NCBI GenBank assembly: GCA_964632485.1
Contig: CAZWDO010000012.1
Span: 62,001-123,621 of the forward strand
DNA from: an uncultured bacterium
Lineage (GTDB): Bacteria > JAGOEH01
Length of the DNA stretch: 61,621 nt
Direction of reading: 5' to 3'
This document shows, one piece after another, positions 19,008-27,345 of this stretch. Positions within the stretch are counted from its first letter, which is position 1. Each line of letters begins with the position of its first letter. The notes below the pieces were generated by a model, which saw only the letters and a program-made list of their open reading frames with translations, was not told the DNA's origin and ran no database searches. Made by a program: the position numbers and the translations under genes.

Positions 19008-20555
19008 CTATCGGCGTCGTCCACCAATACCCAGCACACCTAAGAATCCGCGCGCCAGTTCGCGTACAAGGGTTCGGCCGACCTGCTTGGCAATGGGGCT
19101 GTTCATAACCGTCTCTACGGCGCTTTTTTCCATGCGTTTGGTCGGGTGGCGCTGGGTAGATGAGGATTGTTGCCGCTGTTCTTTTTCAGTGGCCTTTGCA
19201 GCTTTTCCAAGTTTATCGGTAAGGATTTCGTAAGCGCTTTCACGGTCAATGGTTTCGTTATATTTTTTAACGAGAGAGGATCGGGCGCACAACTTCTCAA
19301 TCTCTTCCTGAGACAAAACGTCCATGCGTGACTGCGGAGTTCGCAGTAAAGTAGCTGCCAGCGGGGTGGGCGCTCCTTTTTCATTAAGCGCTGTAACCAC
19401 CGCTTCCCCGATACCCAGTGAAGTGAGTAGTTCCTCGGTCTGGTAATACTCGCTCAGAGGATAATTTTGAGCGGTCAGTTTAATCATTTTTCGGTCATTA
19501 GCGGTGAAAGCGCGCAGGGCATGTTGAATTTTCAGACCCAGTTGGCCTAATATAGAGGCTGGGATATCGGTTGGATTTTGGGTGCAGAAGAATATTCCCA
19601 CTCCTTTTGAACGAATAAGTTTGATAATGGCTTCAATCTGTTCCAGGAGCGCCCGGGATGCTTCTTTGAAGATCAGGTGAGCTTCGTCTATCATGATAAT
19701 TAATTTGGGTTGATCCAAATCGCCTTCCTCGGGAAATGTCTGATAAATTTCCGCCAACAAGCATAACATAAACGTAGAAAATAGTTTGGGTCGGTTCTGG
19801 ATATCCACCACTCGGATAAGAGAGATATATCCCTGTCCGTTTTCATTGATACGGAGCAGGTCCTCCACTTCGAAGGAGCGTTCACCAAAAAAAAGGTCGG
19901 CGCCTTGCTGTTCGATTTCGATGATTTTACGAAGAATGGTACCGGTTGACGCGCTGGAAATTTTACCATATTCCTTTTCGATTTCGCTTTTGCCTTCATT
20001 AGTGATATATTGGAGAATTTTTTTCAGATCTTTCAGGTCCAGCAACGGATATTGCTGATCATCGCAATATTTGAATATTAATGACATAATTCCGGCCTGG
20101 GCGTCACTCAGTTCAAGGATTTTGGAAAGAAGTACCGGTCCGAATTCCGAAACCGTGGCGCGCAGACGCGCTCCATTTTCAAGTGATAATGAGAGCAATT
20201 CCACCGGGTAGGCTTTAGATTGCCAGGGGAATCCAATTTTGGCATGGCGTTCATCAATTTTGGGGTTCGATTGTCCTGCCTGAGCCATTCCGCTCAAATC
20301 CCCTTTGATATCCATCATGAGGACCGGAATGCTTTTATCTGAAAGCGCTTCGGCAAAACCTTGCAGGGTTTTGGTTTTTCCGGTTCCCGTCGCGCCGGCA
20401 ATCAGGCCATGCCGGTTCAGGGTTTTAAGTGGAATCCGGATAAGTGTTCCGGGAATTGGTTCCATGTTATAGATCGCGGCGCCCAGCTCAATAAATTCAC
20501 CCTTCGATTGATAGCCTTGATTAATTTCCTGCAGAAATGCATCCTTGGGTGGCAT
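19008..20555 (-). CDS. HerA-like P-loop ATPase, DUF853/YjgR family
   Basis: NRHGLIAGATGTGKTKTLQ, RATVSEFGP, IDEAHL, IRSKGVG, QHALRAFT. Confidence 0.9.
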   Translation of the reverse strand: MPPKDAFLQEINQGYQSKGEFIELGAAIYNMEPIPGTLIRIPLKTLNRHGLIAGATGTGKTKTLQGFAEALSDKSIPVLMMDIKGDLSGMAQAGQSNPKIDERHAKIGFPWQSKAYPVELLSLSLENGARLRATVSEFGPVLLSKILELSDAQAGIMSLIFKYCDDQQYPLLDLKDLKKILQYITNEGKSEIEKEYGKISSASTGTILRKIIEIEQQGADLFFGERSFEVEDLLRINENGQGYISLIRVVDIQNRPKLFSTFMLCLLAEIYQTFPEEGDLDQPKLIIMIDEAHLIFKEASRALLEQIEAIIKLIRSKGVGIFFCTQNPTDIPASILGQLGLKIQHALRAFTANDRKMIKLTAQNYPLSEYYQTEELLTSLGIGEAVVTALNEKGAPTPLAATLLRTPQSRMDVLSQEEIEKLCARSSLVKKYNETIDRESAYEILTDKLGKAAKATEKEQRQQSSSTQRHPTKRMEKSAVETVMNSPIAKQVGRTLVRELARGFLGVLGIGGRRR

Positions 20556-20594
20556 GAATCCCTCCTTTTGAATTATGGTGATTAGTTGGTGTTG

Positions 20595-20675
20595 AATATA
20601 GAAAAAAAACAGGAAATGTCAAGTTGTAATTCGTTTATGAATTTTCTTGACAGAACTCAGTACCCATAGTATATT
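20595..20675. promoter_or_regulatory. Back-to-back sigma70-type promoters
   Basis: Plus strand TTGACA(20647)-17-TATATT; minus strand TTGACA(20622)-16-TATATT. Confidence 0.55.
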
Positions 20676-20747
20676 TAATATATGCAAAAGGATTTGTCAA
20701 GGGGTTTAAGTATAATTTCAGACTTGTTTCACCGAAAGGAGAGTATC

Positions 20748-21038
20748 ATGCGTCGAATGATTTTGATGGGCATTATCCTGGTTTTTTTGTCTTTGGGTTG
20801 CGCATCTTCCGGTAAAGTCGCTACGAAGGAACCTCCGGCTTTGAGAGCTGAAACCCGCCCTTCAAGGCCATTTCAGGAAGCGGTTTGGGTTGACGGGTAT
20901 TGGCGCTGGAACGGATATGATTTTGTTTGGGTAGCCGGAAAATGGATGAAACCCAAAAAAGGCCATGCCTGGGCGCCGGGGCACTGGCAAAAAACACCCA
21001 AAGGATGGCAATGGAAATCCGGATACTGGAAAAAATAA
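20748..21038 (+). CDS. Lipoprotein with YXWGXW/WxxGxW repeats
   Basis: Lipobox LGC; VWVDGYWRW, VWVAGKW, WAPGHW, WKSGYW; SD AAGGAG before ATG 20748. Confidence 0.85.
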   Translation: MRRMILMGIILVFLSLGCASSGKVATKEPPALRAETRPSRPFQEAVWVDGYWRWNGYDFVWVAGKWMKPKKGHAWAPGHWQKTPKGWQWKSGYWKK

Positions 21039-21064
21039 CCCTCATTTGAATGTAGAAAACCAAT

Positions 21065-22801
21065 ATGTTCTTTCGAATTCGTCAAATCTATGATGATATG
21101 CTTTTGGTTAATCGGTACGCATTGGAGCAGGTACAGCAGATTTTAAAGGATCAGTTTCCACTAATCAGCAAAGAGGAGATTGAAAATCTGCCGGCAAAAC
21201 TGAAAAATCCGTTTCGGCTGGGTTTCCGACCAATTCTGTTTATTGCGGATAATCAACGCGGTAAGGTTCATGGGTTTGCGTTGATTTTACATGAACCGGA
21301 TTTGCGTTTTTGTTACCTGGATTATATCTCCGCCGCCACTCAATCTACCGGACGGGGTATCGGTGGGGCGTTATATGAGCGGATACGCTTCGAGGCCCAG
21401 AAACTGGATACCTGGGGTATTTTTTTTGAATGCTTGCCGGACGACCCCCAGTTATGCCGCGACCTTTCAGTTTTAAAGCAGAATATTAGCCGATTGAAAT
21501 TTTATGAGCAATACGGGGCTCGGCCGATTATCAATACTCGTTACGAAACGCCGGTAAAACCCGATGACGATAATCCCCCCTATCTGGTTTATGATCCTTT
21601 GGGCAAACCAGTAACGATTCCCCGGAAAAAAATTCGGGCGATTGTGGCCGCCATTCTGGAACGCAAATATCATGATCTTTGTTCGCCGGAATATAATAAA
21701 ATGGTGATCGAATCTTTTCAGGATGATATTCCCATTCTGAGACCCTTTCAATACGCTAAGCAGGAAGTTCCGCTCTTTGTGCGCATTCCCGAAGATCAGC
21801 AGATTTTGCTGGTAGTTAGCGATCAACATGAAAACCATTATATCCGTGAACGGGGGTATGTGGAAGCTCCGGCTCGTATTCCAATCATTCTTGAGGAATT
21901 GGATAAGACGGGTTTATTTAAACGGGAAAAGATCCGGCACTATGGTGAACAGTGGTTGAAAAGTGTGCACCGTTCAGATTATGTTGATTATTTTAAACGT
22001 GTATGCCGCATATTGCCTGCCGATCGGCCGCTTTATCCTTATGTATTTCCCATTCGCAACCAGACAAAACCCCCCAAAGAGCTGCCGGTACGGGCCGGCT
22101 ATTATTGTATTGATACTTTCACTCCATTGAATCGGAATGCGTTTTTAGCCGCACATCGGGCTGTGGATTGCGCCTTGGCCGCCGCTGAAAATTTGCTTGA
22201 AGGCGCCGCCGCCGCTTACGCGCTGGTTCGTCCGCCCGGACATCACGCCGAGCGCGCTGTGTTTGGCGGATTTTGTTATTTCAATTCTAATGCGATCGCC
22301 GCAAACTATTTGTCCCGTTTCGGCCCAGTGGCTATCCTGGATGTCGATTATCATCATGGCAACGGTCAACAGGATATTTTTTATCGCAGAAAAGATGTTT
22401 TGACAATTTCAATTCATGGTCATCCCAGATTCGCTTATCCCTATTTTAGCGGATTTACCGAGGAAAAAGGAGAAGATGCCGGTGTCGGATTTAATTTCAA
22501 CTTCCCGTTAGCTGAGTCGGTAACCAACCGGGAGTATTTGCTGGTTCTGAAGAAAGCCCTGAAAATTATTGGCAAATTCCAGCCGAAATTTTTAATCATC
22601 GCATTAGGTTTCGATACAGCTAAACGAGATCCAACCGGTACCTGGAATTTGAAGGCCGATGATTTTTTTACGAATGGGTACGCGATCGGCGCTTTAAAAC
22701 TGCCTACGTTATTTGTTCAGGAAGGCGGATACCGCCAACGAAATTTGGGTATCAATGCCCGTAATTTTTTCAGCGGATTCTGGAAAGGACGTTATCAGTA
22801 A
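21065..22801 (+). CDS. GNAT acetyltransferase fused to a histone-deacetylase-family (acetylpolyamine amidohydrolase-like) domain
   Basis: N-terminal TGRGIGGALY and RLKFYEQYG (GNAT); C-terminal RPPGHHA, GGFCYFN, DVDYHHGNG, GFD, QEGGY (HDAC). Confidence 0.88.
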   Translation: MFFRIRQIYDDMLLVNRYALEQVQQILKDQFPLISKEEIENLPAKLKNPFRLGFRPILFIADNQRGKVHGFALILHEPDLRFCYLDYISAATQSTGRGIGGALYERIRFEAQKLDTWGIFFECLPDDPQLCRDLSVLKQNISRLKFYEQYGARPIINTRYETPVKPDDDNPPYLVYDPLGKPVTIPRKKIRAIVAAILERKYHDLCSPEYNKMVIESFQDDIPILRPFQYAKQEVPLFVRIPEDQQILLVVSDQHENHYIRERGYVEAPARIPIILEELDKTGLFKREKIRHYGEQWLKSVHRSDYVDYFKRVCRILPADRPLYPYVFPIRNQTKPPKELPVRAGYYCIDTFTPLNRNAFLAAHRAVDCALAAAENLLEGAAAAYALVRPPGHHAERAVFGGFCYFNSNAIAANYLSRFGPVAILDVDYHHGNGQQDIFYRRKDVLTISIHGHPRFAYPYFSGFTEEKGEDAGVGFNFNFPLAESVTNREYLLVLKKALKIIGKFQPKFLIIALGFDTAKRDPTGTWNLKADDFFTNGYAIGALKLPTLFVQEGGYRQRNLGINARNFFSGFWKGRYQ

Positions 22802-22855
22802 AGTGTGTATTTCGTTCCCCGTTACTACACAAAATAAGTCGGGATATTTCTCATT

Positions 22856-24592
22856 TTAACCGATGGATGGCTTAAGCATACGGATGCGCTTGAATACCAA
22901 GACAATAACTCCGCCGGCCAGAGCCAGCAGCGCGATATCCCCCAGCGCCAATACGTAATTGCGTTTGGGGAGATAATCCTGATATAAAATAACAATTAGT
23001 GAAACAATGGTCGTAATCAACATAAATATCCCCGGAATAAGAGCAAAGAGATACTCTTTTTTACGAATCAACAACCAGACACTGATTGTCAGAAGAGTCA
23101 CCGCCGCCAGGAGCTGATTAGCCGAACCGAAAAGCTGCCATAGCTGTTTGAATGCGTTAAAATAAGCCAGTAGAAACATGAGAATAACGCAAAAAAATGA
23201 ATTGAATGAATAGGTTTTGAAAATGGCGGGCGTCTTCTTAAAAATAATATTCCACAATTCTTCGAAGAGATAACGGTTAAGCCTGACTGCCGTATCGAGA
23301 GTGGTGACAATAAAACCTTCCACTAGCAGAATGCCGAAAACGACTCCATACGTTAAGGGCAGGGTAAAAGATTGGTTTAATAGTCCACCCATACCCAGGG
23401 CAAAGGCCAGAATTGGATTGGATTTAATTCCTGCAGCCGTAGGGAATACGATTGACTGGAATTGCTCGAAAGAGATTCCCGTTCCAATGGCGATGAGGAC
23501 TCCAAGCGCCAGGATGCCTTCCAAAAGCATTCCGCCAAATCCCACAATTTTAGCATCTGGTTTTTCTTTAGATATCTGTTTGGAAGTCGTACCGCCCGCT
23601 ACCAGGGCATGGAACCCGCTGATCGCGCCACAGGCGACTGTGATAAAGAGTATCGGCCAAATATATCCCAAATGAAGATTGCCGGAAACAATATTAGTGG
23701 CCGGGATGTTCAGAGTTTCGCCCTTTAATCCCAGAATAATGGTTCCCCCTATCAATCCCGCCATCCCCCCATAAAGCAGGAAAGAGTTAGCGAAATCACG
23801 GGGTTGCAGAATGATCCAGACCGGTACCCCGGCGGCGATAAATGTGTAAACTGATAATATCACCATCCATGTAAAGGAGTCGATGGAAATTGGGAACAGG
23901 AGTCCGATTTTTATTGAAATGACGCAAATTAATATGGCCAAAAGCGACATGAGCCAGGAATTGAGTTTTCGTTTATAAAGTAACCAGCCTAAAAAAGGGG
24001 CGCAAAAGGTAATAAAAATGACTGAAGTCGATGCAATACCGCCTATAACGGCAAAGGTGACGCCATTTTCAACAACTGTATTTAATTCTTCTAATCCATC
24101 GGAAAAATATTCAGCCGGATATTTGGAAGATAGCGCGGTTGTTGTGAGTGTCAGAAATACTGAAGTTACTATTAATAGCATTATGACCGTGAAAGCGATG
24201 ATTAGTAGAAAACCTTTTCGTCCCAGGGTATGTTTGGCTATTTCAGCTATTGATTTCCCTTTTTCGCGGAGTGAAGTCAGCAATACGCTAAAATCGTGCA
24301 TCGCGCCAAAAAAAAGAGTACCGAATAAAATCCAAAGCCAAACCGGAAGATATCCGAATATCAGGGCGACTGTAGGGCCGATAATCGGACCGCCACCGGC
24401 AATGGATGCAAAATGATGTCCCAAAACAACTACTTTGCGGGTAGGAACATAGTCAACACCATCCTCTAATTCCACGGCGGGTGTCTGATGAGTTCCGTCC
24501 ACATTGAATGTTTTTTCGATATACCGGGCATAATAACGATATCCCAAATAGTACAGAGCGATTGTCACGCCCAGCATGAACAATATATTCAT
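22856..24592 (-). CDS. cstA: Carbon starvation protein A (CstA) family transporter
   Basis: TPAVELEDGVDYVPT, GHHFASIAGGGPIIGP, ILQPRD, ACGAISGFH, TTLDTAVRL, FGSANQLL. Confidence 0.93.
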   Translation of the reverse strand: MNILFMLGVTIALYYLGYRYYARYIEKTFNVDGTHQTPAVELEDGVDYVPTRKVVVLGHHFASIAGGGPIIGPTVALIFGYLPVWLWILFGTLFFGAMHDFSVLLTSLREKGKSIAEIAKHTLGRKGFLLIIAFTVIMLLIVTSVFLTLTTTALSSKYPAEYFSDGLEELNTVVENGVTFAVIGGIASTSVIFITFCAPFLGWLLYKRKLNSWLMSLLAILICVISIKIGLLFPISIDSFTWMVILSVYTFIAAGVPVWIILQPRDFANSFLLYGGMAGLIGGTIILGLKGETLNIPATNIVSGNLHLGYIWPILFITVACGAISGFHALVAGGTTSKQISKEKPDAKIVGFGGMLLEGILALGVLIAIGTGISFEQFQSIVFPTAAGIKSNPILAFALGMGGLLNQSFTLPLTYGVVFGILLVEGFIVTTLDTAVRLNRYLFEELWNIIFKKTPAIFKTYSFNSFFCVILMFLLAYFNAFKQLWQLFGSANQLLAAVTLLTISVWLLIRKKEYLFALIPGIFMLITTIVSLIVILYQDYLPKRNYVLALGDIALLALAGGVIVLVFKRIRMLKPSIG

Positions 24593-24904
24593 CGTATTCC
24601 TCCTGTTATACGCATTAAATCCGTTCTATTTTTTCCACTCAACGCCTTTTCACAGTACTTCATGGCCAAAATTATACACAAGGAAATCGTTCGTGTCAAG
24701 ACTTATTTGATATTTTATAGCCACTGATTGATTTTTTTTTACATTTAGCGCCTTCTGCTAATTTCCAGAATATATGCCGGGGAGATGGAAGATAATTCCT
24801 GATAAATGCTAATCCTGACATGCCGGAAATAGTAAGGAACATTTTCTTTTAATTTTCGTATGATTTTGTATAATGTGTATGATATTTAACTAAAGGAGAA
24901 AGCT

Positions 24905-26092
24905 ATGCGATATTTGTTCAGTTTATTGATTGTTTTTTGGTTTGTGAGAATTGATGCAAACGCACTGGAACTTCCGGTCAGAGGAGCGGGAATCTGTTTT
25001 GGCAATGCCTCTATTTTTAAAGGATTCCGGTTTAACTGGTCGGATCGGGGTGTAAAAGAAGTATCCGGTTTCAACCTATCGTTGTGGCGCCCGGGCGCGA
25101 ATGATGATGCGCGGCTGAATGGTTTTCTGATAGGACTCTGGGGTCCCTCAGGTGATCGGTTGCAGGGGATATCCTGTGGATTATATAAAATTCGGGCGAA
25201 TGAATTGAAAGGAATGGCCCTGTCATTAGTTGGCATTGAGAATCATGGTTCATGCCATGGAATTGCGATAAGCGGCATTGGTATGGGAGGTCGCGGCGGA
25301 ATGACGGGTATCGCAGTTGCGGGTATCGGCATGGGATTTAACAGCTACATTCGGGGGATCTCGCTGGCAGGAATTGGAATGGGGGCGCAAGGTGATATCT
25401 GTGGGATATCTATCGCGGGTATCGGTATGGGATGTCAGGGGAGTATTAAAGGCATTGCTTTGGGCGGAATCGGCTTAGGATGCCAGGGTGGGATCTCGGG
25501 ATTAGTCTTGGGCGGGATTGGATTAGGTACCGAGGGAAAAATTCGTGGAATTGCGGGAGGCCTGCTGGGTCTCGGCGCGGAAAAAGGAATTCAGGGGTTG
25601 GCATTTGGAGGTTTGGGATTGGGGACGGGTGGTGATATTGATGGGATCGTGATGGGTGGTTTGGGTCTTGGAGGCGGTGGTATCTTGCGCGGAATAGCCA
25701 TTGGCGGTTTGGGTATCGGGATGGGTATGGATTTGAATGGAATTGCCCTGGCGGGTTTAGGTGTCGGGGCTGGCCAGAATATCCGGGGACTGGTGATCGG
25801 CGGCTGCGGATTGGGGGCTGGGAATAGCCTGACCGGTATCGGATTAACAGCCGGATATGCAAAAATCCCATTAATAAAAGGATGGGTAACAGCCGGATAT
25901 GTGCGCGGACAAAATTTGATTGGTATTTCGTTGGGGGGGTATAACCGGTTTCTCGGAACGCAAAAAGGATTGGCCATCGGCGTGATCAACTACGCGCAGG
26001 AACTCAAAGGCGCTCAAGTTGGATTGATCAATATCGCAAAGAACAATCCTTTATGGGCCCGTGTGTTGCCACTTCTCAATCTGCATTTGTAA
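24905..26092 (+). CDS. Exported Gly-rich repeat protein (LA_2272-like beta-solenoid)
   Basis: Signal peptide; 12 tandem 16-aa repeats; C-terminal GVINYAQELKGAQVGLINIAKN...LPLLN. Confidence 0.75.
   Translation: MRYLFSLLIVFWFVRIDANALELPVRGAGICFGNASIFKGFRFNWSDRGVKEVSGFNLSLWRPGANDDARLNGFLIGLWGPSGDRLQGISCGLYKIRANELKGMALSLVGIENHGSCHGIAISGIGMGGRGGMTGIAVAGIGMGFNSYIRGISLAGIGMGAQGDICGISIAGIGMGCQGSIKGIALGGIGLGCQGGISGLVLGGIGLGTEGKIRGIAGGLLGLGAEKGIQGLAFGGLGLGTGGDIDGIVMGGLGLGGGGILRGIAIGGLGIGMGMDLNGIALAGLGVGAGQNIRGLVIGGCGLGAGNSLTGIGLTAGYAKIPLIKGWVTAGYVRGQNLIGISLGGYNRFLGTQKGLAIGVINYAQELKGAQVGLINIAKNNPLWARVLPLLNLHL
25259..25834 (+). repeat. 12 x 48-nt degenerate coding repeat (consensus approx. GIAxGGIGLGxxGxIx)
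   Basis: GIAVAGIGMGFNSYIR / GISLAGIGMGAQGDIC / GISIAGIGMGCQGSIK / GIALGGIGLGCQGGIS and so on. Confidence 0.85.
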
Positions 26093-26180
26093 TGGACGCG
26101 ACGCTACTTTGGCGAATATCTTTGCATTAAAAGTTGGCAGGTTTTTTCTATCGGTTTGGAATTTTCGCAGAAAAATGGTG

Positions 26181-26204
26181 CGCATGGGCGCTGATGCGTT
26201 TTTA
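26181..26204 (+). terminator. Possible terminator between convergent genes
   Basis: CGCAT...ATGCG stem followed by a T-run; the stem is short. Confidence 0.35.
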
Positions 26205-26206
26205 TT

Positions 26207-27343
26207 TTATACTTTTTTTTTCGTGAGAAGTTGATAGTGCGACATGGGTATCCAGAGCAAACGAATTTCCCAGTATAATTTCGCTTTCGGTATTCCATCG
26301 GGGTAAATATTAATTTTGAAATGGGAAATTCTTCTGTTAAATACCGGACGGTAAGCGGAACTAAAAAAATATTCGGCGGTTTTAAGATTTTCCGGCCATT
26401 CGAAACTATTTTCGCTTTGGCTGACCCCAATTAAATCCAGAATCGGTTTTTTAAAATCCAGCAGGCATAGCCCCATTTCGATCAATTGGTCCAACATGCC
26501 TTCGATTAAAATTTTCGATGGTTGGGATCGGTTCAGCTTATAAGCCCATTCCAGGCCAATCGGACCGGTAATACTATCAGAAAAATCCAGGGTCAGTCCC
26601 GAATAATCACAATATTTAGCTAACCGGGTAAAACATTCTTCTGCTTTTACGATAGAATGATGACAATTGGTTAACTGGCGCAACGGATTGAATGGGAATT
26701 GCGAGATTTTGACCAAACTCAGGCGAAGTCCGGCATAATAACGAGACGGCATGATGCCGATATTATATACTCTTAGTCCGGTCTTGTTTAAGAAATTTGG
26801 GAGTTGATGGTTAATTAATTGTTGCGCTGCGGTGTAATCAATATTTTTAAATTCAGTTAAGATAGAATTGATATGAAGCATAGTAAGGGATCGGTGATTC
26901 TCTTTTTTCTCCTGTTGCCAGGGAAAAGTAAAAAACAGAATTGGAAATGGCGGGACTGTAATCGGTTGCTCTGGAATATCATATTCAAGCCACATATCTG
27001 TAATTCCGGTGGAGAAAAAATGAGTGGGATCGTTGCGCTTTTGTAGAAATGATAATAGAATTTCCCTGCTTGCTTTTTCCTCCATCTGGCTTGATACTGA
27101 GAGGTGCCGGCTGATTGTATCCATCAAAGAAATAATGGAAGCGGATTGGGCGTTTACGGGGAATCCAAAATCGATGGAGTGGCGGTAGGGCATTAAAGGG
27201 ATTTCAAATCCAAATACCTGAGTGACCCGGGAGGAAAATGCCGATGCGATAATCGATATGTTTTGTAGGTTAATATCACTACAATTAATGGCTTTTAGAA
27301 ACGGAATGACGACGGGAAGATAGTTTTGCAGTGAAGATTTCAT
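26207..27343 (-). CDS. Putative RiPP tailoring enzyme, ABBA-fold aromatic/peptide prenyltransferase-like
   Basis: Ordered motifs FGFE, IDF, WLEYD, P.P.LFF, GIMPSR...LRL, LTLD, PIGLE, LIEMGLC, RRISHFKI, KAKLY; last gene of the precursor operon. Confidence 0.55.
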   Translation of the reverse strand: MKSSLQNYLPVVIPFLKAINCSDINLQNISIIASAFSSRVTQVFGFEIPLMPYRHSIDFGFPVNAQSASIISLMDTISRHLSVSSQMEEKASREILLSFLQKRNDPTHFFSTGITDMWLEYDIPEQPITVPPFPILFFTFPWQQEKKENHRSLTMLHINSILTEFKNIDYTAAQQLINHQLPNFLNKTGLRVYNIGIMPSRYYAGLRLSLVKISQFPFNPLRQLTNCHHSIVKAEECFTRLAKYCDYSGLTLDFSDSITGPIGLEWAYKLNRSQPSKILIEGMLDQLIEMGLCLLDFKKPILDLIGVSQSENSFEWPENLKTAEYFFSSAYRPVFNRRISHFKINIYPDGIPKAKLYWEIRLLWIPMSHYQLLTKKKV

Positions 27344-27345
27344 TA

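Noticed and set aside
19008-20555. HerA-like ATPase as part of an anti-phage system
   Set aside because: It is the widespread stand-alone DUF853/YjgR type, with no adjacent Sir2, NurA or nuclease partner.
25446-25989. Pro-rich minus-strand ORFs
   Set aside because: Antisense shadows of Gly codons in the repeat protein.
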